A stretch of DNA of 32,000 nt from Halobacteriovoraceae bacterium (GTDB lineage: Bacteria > Bdellovibrionota > Bacteriovoracia > Bacteriovoracales > Bacteriovoracaceae). The translations under genes were made by a program, and so were the position numbers. The notes below the pieces were generated by a model. That model was not told the origin of the DNA. It searched no databases and saw nothing but the letters and a program-made list of their open reading frames with translations. The stretch is from positions 246,971 through 278,970 of the forward strand of contig PAMZ01000005.1 of the NCBI GenBank assembly GCA_002707495.1. The letters are read 5' to 3'. Positions 9,062-17,412 of the stretch are shown piece after piece (within the stretch, counting starts at the first letter, position 1; each line of letters begins with the position of its first letter).

Positions 9062-10151
9062 TCGAAGATACTAACTCTTCAAACTTAGCGTTCTGAGAAG
9101 TATGTGAATAATATTGAGCTTGTTTGAAATTTTCCTGGCCAAGTTTTTTTCTAAGGTCCTCGTTACGAATAAGGTCCAAAAGTTTTGATTTAAACTCTTC
9201 AACAGTGAGTTTCTGAAGTATATACTCTCGGGATTTACCTTTAAGAAGCTCTGATGCCCCAACGTAAGAGCCTACGATAACCGGCTTTGATAACGCCATT
9301 GCCTCAAGCACACTTCTCCCAAATTCTTCAATATGTGCTGGAAGAACAAATATATCAATCGCATGATAATAATTTTCCACATCTGGAATGGAAGGTGCAA
9401 ATAGAAATCGCTCATTTATATTAAGATCTTCTACTTTCGTAAAAAAGTTTGAATCTTTGTTCTTTCCCGCAACTACGAATTTAGCATTGGGGATTTCAAC
9501 AGCCACGTCAATAAGTAGATCTACATTTCGCTTTTTGAAGTTACCTGAAGTTATAAGTCCAACTAACACATCTTCCTCTTGAACTTTCCATTTAGAGCGC
9601 TGTTCGATACGTTTTTTTTCACCTCCCAGTAGATTGAATTTTTCTAAGTTAAATTCAGGATGAATAACAACAACTTTATCAGGTGGGATATTAAATCTTC
9701 TCATAAGGTCTTCTTTCATCATCTCGGAATTACAGACAAGTCTTTTGAACTTTTGGGCTCTTAGAATTTTTTCATGCATTAAACCTACAGTATTCTCTGG
9801 AGATAGTGGCTTTCCGAAAACTCTTTCGTGCGCGAGATGAACACAATTATGAATATAGCAAAGATCTTGATTAACAATATCTCCATGACCTATGACTATA
9901 TCGAATTCGTTTTTTTCAATGTACTTTTGAACTCTCTCAGCATGAAACAGACGTTTATTTTTTACGAAAGGCCACTTTAAAGTTTTGACAGGAATCGCAT
10001 TGCAATCACTTATCATTTTTCGGTTAATTGTCTCGGCAATCACATGTACTTCAAAGCCTTTACCCACCAGAAAATTGACCTCCTCCATCACCTTCCTTTG
10101 AACACCAGAAGATAAGTCCTTTAGGTCCTTTTGAGATATCAGTACTTTCAC
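9054..10151 (-). CDS. Glycosyltransferase family 4 (GT-B, RfaG-like)
   Basis: EEFGRSVLEAMALSKPVIVGSYVGASELL is the E-X7-E region. The N-terminus MKVLISQ...VNFLVGKGFEVHVIA is typical of GT4. The GTG start overlaps the asnB-like stop (GTGA). Confidence 0.8.
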   Translation of the reverse strand: MKVLISQKDLKDLSSGVQRKVMEEVNFLVGKGFEVHVIAETINRKMISDCNAIPVKTLKWPFVKNKRLFHAERVQKYIEKNEFDIVIGHGDIVNQDLCYIHNCVHLAHERVFGKPLSPENTVGLMHEKILRAQKFKRLVCNSEMMKEDLMRRFNIPPDKVVVIHPEFNLEKFNLLGGEKKRIEQRSKWKVQEEDVLVGLITSGNFKKRNVDLLIDVAVEIPNAKFVVAGKNKDSNFFTKVEDLNINERFLFAPSIPDVENYYHAIDIFVLPAHIEEFGRSVLEAMALSKPVIVGSYVGASELLKGKSREYILQKLTVEEFKSKLLDLIRNEDLRKKLGQENFKQAQYYSHTSQNAKFEELVSSII

Positions 10152-11908
10152 GTTTTAATCCCTTTCTTTTTCTCCCATATCGCCACGATAAATAAGCGCC
10201 AGTAGAACATTCGGTAATTTTCATAAGATATTTCTTTTTTAAATAGAAATAATTCATTCAAGAGATTGGAGGATTTAATGAGTTGATTCATTGTAGATTC
10301 ATTCTCATTAATCCAAGTCTTTTCTGGTGAAGCGAAACCTATCTTATCTGTTCTTAAGTTTATTCCTGTTTTGGTGTATTTACCAAGTATCTCTCGAAGG
10401 GGACTTTTTGTGAACGCGCCGTTAATCTTTTGATTAACGTCTAAGCTCAATCCTTTTTCGACTAGCTCAAAATCAAGAAAAGGTAGTCTCGTTTCAATTG
10501 AAAAATACATCGAGTTCCTATCTTCATATCGGAGCAGACTAGCTAAACTCCCCGTAAGGATGTCGTAGTTCGAGAATTTCTTTGTTTTCCAAAAAAACAT
10601 CTTTTTTTGTTCAGACTTAAATGTTTTTTTAACTTTTAAAGTCTCAAACATTTTTAATATTAGGATGATTTTCCTAAAGTGAGCTGAGGCTAATAGCTTC
10701 GCAAATGAGTAAAAGGAATTATTCTTCAAATACCCGCGAACCAGCTTGTATGTTGAAATCCACCTAAACTTAAGCGAGCTTTCCCAAATAGCGCTGATCA
10801 GATATCGAGTATACCCCAAAAAAATCTCATCTGCCCCTTGACCGTCAAGAAGTACTTTTAACCTATTCTCACTTGCCTCTTTCATAACATTAAACTGCAT
10901 TAAGATAGAACTACTCAAAAAGGGCTCATCTTGAGTTTCAATTGCAAGTTCAATATCCTCTAAAAAATCTTCTGAAATTGGCTCGATTATTTTTAGGTCT
11001 ATATTATTCTCAAAAGAAATTATTTTTGCGTACTCACTCTCATCACTAGCCTTTTCTGTCGATTTACCATGAATACCAATAAATTTGTCTCCAGAAGGAA
11101 TTTTTTCTCTTGCGAGAATTGCAATCAAAGAGCTATCTATTCCTCCACTTAAGCAGGTTCCTATCGGAACGTCAGAGCGCAACCTGAGAGTAATTGATTT
11201 TTGTAATAACTCTTCAACGCTTTTTGTAGAACTCCTTTCACTCATCAGTTTATAATAATACTTAGACGTAAAGTCTTTCTTTTCAGCATCTAGGATAAGA
11301 AAGCTTCCTGGTGATAAGCTATTAATATTTTTGTAGAAGGTTTCTGAGTCGTAATCGACAAGACTGTTTACGATGAAATTGTAAACTTTATCATAATTTA
11401 CATCTTGAGTTTGGGAAAATATTTCAAATTGTTTTAATTCCGATCCAGCTAAGAATAAATCTTCATCTTGATAAAAGAACAACGGTTTGATTCCATAGCG
11501 ATCTCTAGAGAGTAAAACCTCATGTGATTCCTTATTAAAAATAACTAGAGCCCACATTCCATTAAACTTAGAAAAACATTCGCTCTTCCAATGCTGATAG
11601 GCACGAAGAACGACTTCTGTATCAGAGCTTGTTTTAAAAGTATAACCACAGTCCTCAAGCTCTTTCCTCAGCTCCCTATAATTATATATCTCACCATTAT
11701 AAGACATGACATATTCATCAAGTACAAAAGGTTGGTTTGATCGCTCATCCAAGTCAATTATAGAAAGTCTAGTATGCCCTAGAGCTAAAATATCATTCTG
11801 AAAAACCCCCTGTGCGTCTGGTCCCCGGTGGATGACTTTAGCATTCATTTGCCCAATCTTATCCAAGGAGTTTTTATCATTACTAACTATTAGTGATATT
11901 CCACACAT
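10148..11908 (-). CDS. Asparagine synthase (glutamine-hydrolysing) family amidotransferase
   Basis: The MCGI N-terminus supplies the Cys2 nucleophile of class-II glutamine amidotransferases. The PP-loop CLSGGIDSS is present. The ORF is 586 aa and sits inside a glycan locus. Confidence 0.85.
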   Translation of the reverse strand: MCGISLIVSNDKNSLDKIGQMNAKVIHRGPDAQGVFQNDILALGHTRLSIIDLDERSNQPFVLDEYVMSYNGEIYNYRELRKELEDCGYTFKTSSDTEVVLRAYQHWKSECFSKFNGMWALVIFNKESHEVLLSRDRYGIKPLFFYQDEDLFLAGSELKQFEIFSQTQDVNYDKVYNFIVNSLVDYDSETFYKNINSLSPGSFLILDAEKKDFTSKYYYKLMSERSSTKSVEELLQKSITLRLRSDVPIGTCLSGGIDSSLIAILAREKIPSGDKFIGIHGKSTEKASDESEYAKIISFENNIDLKIIEPISEDFLEDIELAIETQDEPFLSSSILMQFNVMKEASENRLKVLLDGQGADEIFLGYTRYLISAIWESSLKFRWISTYKLVRGYLKNNSFYSFAKLLASAHFRKIILILKMFETLKVKKTFKSEQKKMFFWKTKKFSNYDILTGSLASLLRYEDRNSMYFSIETRLPFLDFELVEKGLSLDVNQKINGAFTKSPLREILGKYTKTGINLRTDKIGFASPEKTWINENESTMNQLIKSSNLLNELFLFKKEISYENYRMFYWRLFIVAIWEKKKGIKT

Positions 11909-11973
11909 TTCAATTTATTCCTATTTAAATTCAAAGTAGACAGTCTCAATCTCTTTTTGGGACATACGGGTTC

Positions 11974-11987
11974 TTTTCATATGAAAA
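11974..11987. promoter_or_regulatory. Perfect 14-bp palindrome TTTTCATATGAAAA in the 148-nt gap upstream of the asnB-like gene; possible operator
   Basis: Read directly; the sequence is self-complementary. On the minus strand it abuts a TTGAGG-N17-TAAAGT promoter-like element. Confidence 0.3.
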
Positions 11988-12015
11988 CTTTATGACAGTT
12001 AATTTAAAACCTCAA
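11987..12015 (-). promoter_or_regulatory. Candidate sigma70-type promoter (TTGAGG at 12015..12010, 17-nt spacer, TAAAGT at 11992..11987)
   Basis: This is a hand match to the -35/-10 consensus in the only sizeable intergenic gap upstream of the asnB-like/GT4 operon. AT-rich DNA yields many such matches. Confidence 0.25.
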
Positions 12016-12056
12016 ATTTTTCAAAGCTTTATCAGTTTCAATTTTTCGAATCTTAT

Positions 12057-12803
12057 TTATCTCGAGGCAAAGAAATGAGGATTTAAAACATTTTCTTTAT
12101 TATATTCTAAAGCCTCTTTAGTTCCCCACTTTAATATCTTAGCGCCGCTAGCTTCCAAGATTGCCTGCGCGGCGGCAGTATCCCACTCAGAAGTAGGTCC
12201 AAGTCTTGGGTAGTAATCAGCTGAACCGTCAGCAATCATGCACATCTTAAGAGAGCTTCCAACGCGCTTAATCTCCACTGTCCCATATTTTGATTTTAAC
12301 GACTCCAGGTGATCAAGGGTAGCCTCATTTAAATGTGAGTTACTGGCAACCATCGTAAAGGTTTCAGTTTCTTCACAAGGAAGCTTAGTTTCAACTCCCT
12401 CTTTTACTCTAAAAGAGGACCCTTTATCTGTGAAATACAAAAGATCTTTGGCGGGAGCATAGATAATCCCCTCAACCATTCTTCCAGCCTTCCATAAACC
12501 TATATTGACCGTAAACTCTCCATTGCGTTTGATAAATTCTTTAGTTCCATCAATGGGGTCGACGATAAAACACTGATCCCATTTTTTCCTCTCATCATAA
12601 GGCAGAATTTTTGACTCCTCTGAAAGAATCGGAATTTCAGAATAAAGGATTTTTAACTCTTCAATAATAACTTTGTTGGCAGCTTTATCAGCTAAAGTGA
12701 TGGGACTTTGATCGGCCTTGAGCTCTACTCCAAAATCCTCTTTAGCATAGATCTTCAAGATCTCAACGCCGGCTTTTCTTACTGTAGTTATTAGCTCTCT
12801 CAT
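12057..12803 (-). CDS. cysQ: 3'(2'),5'-bisphosphate nucleotidase (CysQ, inositol monophosphatase superfamily)
   Basis: The segments LSEES, WDQCFIVDPIDGTKEFI and SEWDTAAAQAILEASG are present. The ORF is 248 aa. Confidence 0.8.
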   Translation of the reverse strand: MRELITTVRKAGVEILKIYAKEDFGVELKADQSPITLADKAANKVIIEELKILYSEIPILSEESKILPYDERKKWDQCFIVDPIDGTKEFIKRNGEFTVNIGLWKAGRMVEGIIYAPAKDLLYFTDKGSSFRVKEGVETKLPCEETETFTMVASNSHLNEATLDHLESLKSKYGTVEIKRVGSSLKMCMIADGSADYYPRLGPTSEWDTAAAQAILEASGAKILKWGTKEALEYNKENVLNPHFFASR

Positions 12804-12806
12804 AAC

Positions 12807-13778
12807 CTAGAGTTGAATTCCTTTATAAAAGTCTAAATTGTCTTGGTAATGCTTAAGACAAGTGTCAATTCCGTGCTCGAAGTTTATTTGAGGCTGCCAA
12901 GCAAGTAGCCTTTTAGCTTTTTCAATATTTGCCCAAGTCTCTTTCATATCGGCAAGACTCATCGGATGGTTTTTGACCTTGGCTTTCTTTCCAAAGCCAG
13001 AGCTTAAAAGTTCAATCATTTGGTTAATAGGGATAGGATTGTTTCCTCCACCTAGATTTATAATTTCATAACCAAGAGGCTTCATTGCGGCTATTGTTCC
13101 TCTGGCGATATCATCCACATGGGTAAAATCTCTCGCCTGAGTGCCATCACCGTTAAGTTGAATGACAGAACCTTCATCAATCCACTTCATAAACCTAAGT
13201 TGCGCCATGTCAGGTCTTGAAGTCGGTCCATACACTGTAAAGTAACGCACAATACTCACATCAATTCCATAGAGGTGATGATAAGTGTAGCACATAGTTT
13301 CAGCCGATTTTTTTGTTGAAGCATAGGGAGAGATAGGCTCACTCACATCTAAATCTTCCGTAAAGGGCATCGGCTTTCCTGCATAAAGAGAACTCGTAGA
13401 TGCCAATAGAAATTTTGATACTTTATAATCTCTTGCAAGGTTTAAGAGATTTAAATTTCCAAGTGAGTTAGTCGTAACATACACCTCGGGGTGTTCTTGA
13501 CTATAACGGACTCCAGCTCTCGCAGCCAGATTTAAAATGACATCAAAAGAATGTGCTTTAAAAACCGTCTCTAAGTCTTCTTTATTTTCGATGTCCATTT
13601 TATAAAAATGAAAGCCAGATCGATCTTCAAGGTTTTTGAGACGAAAATTTTTTAGATTGACGTCATAATAATCATTAATATTATCGATCCCAACGACTTC
13701 ATGCCCTTGATCCAATAACATCTCGCAAGTTCGATTCGCAATGAAACCGGCCACACCAGTTAAAAGGATTTTACTCAT
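12807..13778 (-). CDS. NAD-dependent nucleotide-sugar epimerase (extended SDR; UDP-glucuronate 4-epimerase-like)
   Basis: It has TGVAGFIA, the YASTK (YxxxK) motif, and RYFTVYGPTSRPDMA and RDFTHVDDI, which resemble the UDP-GlcA 4-epimerase subgroup. The exact substrate is inferred. Confidence 0.75.
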   Translation of the reverse strand: MSKILLTGVAGFIANRTCEMLLDQGHEVVGIDNINDYYDVNLKNFRLKNLEDRSGFHFYKMDIENKEDLETVFKAHSFDVILNLAARAGVRYSQEHPEVYVTTNSLGNLNLLNLARDYKVSKFLLASTSSLYAGKPMPFTEDLDVSEPISPYASTKKSAETMCYTYHHLYGIDVSIVRYFTVYGPTSRPDMAQLRFMKWIDEGSVIQLNGDGTQARDFTHVDDIARGTIAAMKPLGYEIINLGGGNNPIPINQMIELLSSGFGKKAKVKNHPMSLADMKETWANIEKAKRLLAWQPQINFEHGIDTCLKHYQDNLDFYKGIQL

Positions 13779-15028
13779 AACTCAAATCTCCCCGTGACTT
13801 TTGAATAGGTATAGCGCTCTAGAATATATTCAAAGTCTTCCATCTTTTTGATGGGTATAAAAAAACTCTCCCGCTCCTTAGAATCCAAATTCAATAGTCT
13901 TATCAAAGGTTGATTCAATTTCTCGCGAAAATACTTATCTAAATTCAACATGACTGAAGCAATGGCCCCTTCTAATTGAATAAATTTTTTACCATCTTGA
14001 ATCTTTTCATTTTTTATCAAATCTGGGGCAATAATCATCCCAAACTCTTCCAGTGAACAGTCTAGACGTGAAATTAAATCACTCAATACTTTGGTATTAA
14101 GAAGAACGATATTAGTATTAAAAAGACTAAAATCATCTTCATCTCGAAGCCCTATTTCCGCAAAATAATCCAACTGTCCTGCCCGTTCTGCCTGGGCTTT
14201 TTCAATAATAGTTAAATAAGGTGTTGCGTCCTTCACCACTGCAAGTTGTCCACCTTTTTTATCCATGGCCGTTTTGTTAGTCGTTATCATACAAATAGGA
14301 GTTTTAGTCTCTTCCATCCAGCTAAGCATCTTTAAATCAGGAGTGGAGTTTAAATCTTCTCCGTTTCCAATAGCGATAATCTCTGGCTCAATAATAGGCT
14401 CTTGGAAAAGCTTCATGAGTATTTGAAAACCGAGGAACCCATGACCTCCTGGTGCAAGCCGTTCAAAACTTGTTTTTCCTGTCTCATCTATCGTTGGCAT
14501 TTTATACTGAATTATTGAAGGGCGAATAAAATCTAGTCCTAAGTTAAGCTTTTCAACTACCTCTTTAGTTTGCCTATTCACCAAATTTTGAAGAGTGACT
14601 TTTTTGAGCTTTGGGTTTTGATTGAGTATTTTGACTTGCTCTATCTGAAGCTCGGCCAATGATTTTCCTTTAACAAAAAGGTCTGTACCTTTAGCTCCTA
14701 ATTTTTTTCTGCCAGTATGTTTTTCAAGATGCTCCGCTCGTTCAACACTACTACCAATTCCTGCATGCATCTTAATTAAAACAAGTTCAGAACTGAGTTC
14801 CTTTTCTTCAGACAAATCTGCACATTGCTTAACTGGCATAAGTTCTTTTTCAGCTAAGATGGCATAAGGAAAAACTTTGGAGTTTGGATTATTCTTGGGG
14901 TGGAAAATTGAAATCTCGGATTGCGCCTCTGATTGCCTTTGAAATTGCTTAAGCAGAGCTTCGAAATAAATTCTATTTACCTCATCAGCTTCGGCTTCAA
15001 AGTATTGTTTTAATTGATCAATAGACAT
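13775..15028 (-). CDS. UDPGP-family (eukaryotic-type UTP--sugar-1-phosphate uridylyltransferase-like) nucleotidyltransferase
   Basis: LIKMHAGIGSSVE aligns with the KLNGGLGTSMG loop, and APGGHGF with PPGHGD. The ORF is 417 aa and overlaps the downstream epimerase by 4 nt. Confidence 0.55.
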   Translation of the reverse strand: MSIDQLKQYFEAEADEVNRIYFEALLKQFQRQSEAQSEISIFHPKNNPNSKVFPYAILAEKELMPVKQCADLSEEKELSSELVLIKMHAGIGSSVERAEHLEKHTGRKKLGAKGTDLFVKGKSLAELQIEQVKILNQNPKLKKVTLQNLVNRQTKEVVEKLNLGLDFIRPSIIQYKMPTIDETGKTSFERLAPGGHGFLGFQILMKLFQEPIIEPEIIAIGNGEDLNSTPDLKMLSWMEETKTPICMITTNKTAMDKKGGQLAVVKDATPYLTIIEKAQAERAGQLDYFAEIGLRDEDDFSLFNTNIVLLNTKVLSDLISRLDCSLEEFGMIIAPDLIKNEKIQDGKKFIQLEGAIASVMLNLDKYFREKLNQPLIRLLNLDSKERESFFIPIKKMEDFEYILERYTYSKVTGRFEL

Positions 15029-15126
15029 AGCGGCAGTCTAGCGATTCCTAACGAGCTAATAAAGCTGCGTTGCAGAACTTACCTGAGTTATTTACTTACA
15101 AGGCTTCATCGGCTAGGCTCTTGCCC

Positions 15127-15585
15127 ATGAAAACAACCTTATTTTTATCGATCCTTTTAGTTTCTTTTTCTTCCTTTGCACTGACCTTTGAAGTCACAGA
15201 GATTTGTGAAGACAAACCCCTTGTGAGTGCAGAGATACCAGTTCTCACTTTGACTAATGTCCTAGAATTTTCAAAATACCATTTAAAAAACTTGGCGATT
15301 CCACACACTATTAATGAAAACGGAATCAGCTCGATATTAGATACTCCAGTGGGATATGACGCTTATGAATTCGTAAACTATAACCACATGAGAGTCTATG
15401 GTTGGTGCTATGAGGTCAATGGAGTCCAGCCAAACTTAGTTGCTTCTGAATATATTTTAGATCCAGAGACTCAAGATCATATTAGATGGTTTTATGGATA
15501 TGCTGAAGTCGTAGAAGGGACTTGGATTTACTATTGCAAGCCTGTCTATGAAACCAGACAAGCTTTTGCGTGTTCAATGAACTAA
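15127..15585 (+). CDS. Small secreted protein, DUF4430-like (transcobalamin beta-domain-like fold?)
   Basis: A signal peptide MKTTLFLSILLVSFSSFALT begins at the in-frame ATG at 15127; the track ORF begins at TTG 15070. YGWCYEVNGVQPNLVASEYIL...DHIRWFYGY resembles the GWxYxVNG...DxIxWxY pattern of DUF4430. Confidence 0.45.
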   Translation: MKTTLFLSILLVSFSSFALTFEVTEICEDKPLVSAEIPVLTLTNVLEFSKYHLKNLAIPHTINENGISSILDTPVGYDAYEFVNYNHMRVYGWCYEVNGVQPNLVASEYILDPETQDHIRWFYGYAEVVEGTWIYYCKPVYETRQAFACSMN

Positions 15586-15592
15586 AAAAAAC

Positions 15593-16531
15593 TTAGATAT
15601 CATAACGGTGGATAATACCCACTAACTGGTCATTTTCGACGACCAAAATTGCCGTCACCTTTTTCTCTTGCATCATTGCTTCAGCTTTAACCAACATTTC
15701 ACTGGACCCAATCGTAAGTGGCGACTTAGATCCAAACTGTGAAGCCCTAAATTGCAAGGCTTTTTCTTTTTCAGTTTTTAATAATCTTCTAATATCACCA
15801 TCAGTAATGACTGACTTAATCTTTTCATTTTCAATGACAACTCCAAGACCAAGTCTTCCATTTGAGATCACCGAGATGATCTCATCAAACGGCATATCGG
15901 AACTAAGTATGGGAAGAGACTCTTTTTTCATCACGTCAGACACTTTGGTCAAAAGCTTTCGTCCCAAGCTTCCACCTGGATGAAAACGAGCAAAATTTTC
16001 TGCTTTAAAGTCTCTTGCCTTCATGAGTGCCACCGCCAATGCATCACCCAAAGCCAAGGTCGCAGTGGTTGAAGTTGTAGGCGCTAGCTCAAGCGGACAA
16101 GCTTCTTTACTAATTCCTGCATCAATAAAAAAATCACTATGTTTTGCAAGTGTAGAATTTTCTTTTCCCACCATCGCAATGATCTTATTTCCGTTATCCT
16201 TCAAAAAAGGAAGTAGTTTTATAATCTCCTCTGTCTCACCTGAATTTGAAATAGCTAGGACAGTGTCGCCCGAGTGAATCATTCCAAGATCACCATGATA
16301 AGCTTCGCCAGGATGCAAGAAAAATGAGCGTGTACCTGTCGAGGCAAGAGTTGCACTTATTTTTTTACCAATAAGGCCCGATTTTCCCATTCCAGTTACA
16401 ACACAGCGACCTGAGGCATTCAAAATACATTGGATAACTTCATTAAATGAAGGAGTTATTTTATCTGATACTTCTTTAAGTCCGCCAATTTCAATTTGAA
16501 GGACATTTTTTGCTATTTCTTGATAGTTCAT
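15593..16531 (-). CDS. kdsD: Arabinose-5-phosphate isomerase (KdsD/KpsF; SIS plus tandem CBS domains)
   Basis: VVTGMGKSGLIGKKISATLASTG and ISNSGETEE mark the SIS domain. C-terminal CBS repeats are present. The ORF is 312 aa. Confidence 0.85.
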   Translation of the reverse strand: MNYQEIAKNVLQIEIGGLKEVSDKITPSFNEVIQCILNASGRCVVTGMGKSGLIGKKISATLASTGTRSFFLHPGEAYHGDLGMIHSGDTVLAISNSGETEEIIKLLPFLKDNGNKIIAMVGKENSTLAKHSDFFIDAGISKEACPLELAPTTSTTATLALGDALAVALMKARDFKAENFARFHPGGSLGRKLLTKVSDVMKKESLPILSSDMPFDEIISVISNGRLGLGVVIENEKIKSVITDGDIRRLLKTEKEKALQFRASQFGSKSPLTIGSSEMLVKAEAMMQEKKVTAILVVENDQLVGIIHRYDI

Positions 16532-16537
16532 AGACCC

Positions 16538-16547
16538 ATGATATCAT
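16538..16547. promoter_or_regulatory. 10-bp perfect palindrome ATGATATCAT centred in the 22-nt divergent kdsD/pepM gap
   Basis: Read directly. The whole gap between the two start codons is 16532..16553. Confidence 0.25.
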
Positions 16548-16553
16548 AAGATT

Positions 16554-17411
16554 ATGCAACTGCCAGAGAACCGTAGACCTTTGTTGAAGCAGGCCCTTCA
16601 ACGAGGGGACTTTATCCGTGCTATTGAGGCGCACAATGGTTTAAGTGCCGGCATCATTGAAAGTTTAAAAAATCAAGACTCCCATTTTAATGCTATCTGG
16701 ATAAGCTCTCTGACAGAGTCAGTAAGTCGCGGGTTTTGCGATAATGAATATTTAAATCTTCCCAGTCGATTTCAAACTATAAATGAAGTCATGGGTAATA
16801 CTAGCCTTCCGCTGATCTATGATGCTGATTCTGGCTCCTATGCTGAACATCTAACTCGAACAGTGATCGATCTTGAGCGTCTAGGAGTTTCCGCCATTGT
16901 CATCGAAGATAAACAAGGTTTTAAGGTGAATTCTTTGACAGAAAAAGATGACCTTCAAAAGCAACTAGACCCCCATGAGTTTAGTGAAAAAATAAAAATT
17001 GCTCAAAAAGCGAAATCTACTTCTGACTTTCTCGTTATAGCTCGCATAGAAACATTTCCATTAGGTGGAAAACTTGAAGACGCACTTTTAAGAGCAAAAA
17101 TGTATGCTAAAGCTGGAGCCGACATCATAATGATTCACTCCAAAGAATCTGAATTCACACAGGTTAGAGAATTTGCAACTCAATACAAAGAAAGTAAACC
17201 TTTAATGATTGTTCCCTCTACCTATTTCAACTATACCGAAGAAATGGCAAAAGAAGATGGAGTTCAAATGGTGATCTATGCGAATCAACTTCTGCGCTCT
17301 GCCTATCAAGCAATGTCTGGATGTGCCCAAGAAATTTTATCCGAGGGACATGCAAAATCAATTCAATCAAAATTAGCTTCTGTAAAAGATATTCTTAATC
17401 TTAAGGCTTAA
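16554..17411 (+). CDS. pepM: Phosphoenolpyruvate mutase (PEP phosphomutase)
   Basis: The protein belongs to the ICL/PEP-mutase superfamily. It carries the PepM-diagnostic EDK-X5-NS motif as EDKQGFKVNS (nt 16905..16934), together with IEAHNGLSA and IYDADSGS. It is followed directly by ppd. Confidence 0.85.
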   Translation: MQLPENRRPLLKQALQRGDFIRAIEAHNGLSAGIIESLKNQDSHFNAIWISSLTESVSRGFCDNEYLNLPSRFQTINEVMGNTSLPLIYDADSGSYAEHLTRTVIDLERLGVSAIVIEDKQGFKVNSLTEKDDLQKQLDPHEFSEKIKIAQKAKSTSDFLVIARIETFPLGGKLEDALLRAKMYAKAGADIIMIHSKESEFTQVREFATQYKESKPLMIVPSTYFNYTEEMAKEDGVQMVIYANQLLRSAYQAMSGCAQEILSEGHAKSIQSKLASVKDILNLKA

Positions 17412-17412
17412 A

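Noticed and set aside
15070-15126. TTG start at 15070 for the small exported protein
   Set aside because: The 19 extra residues precede a canonical signal peptide that begins at the in-frame ATG at 15127. The longer form would bury the signal sequence.
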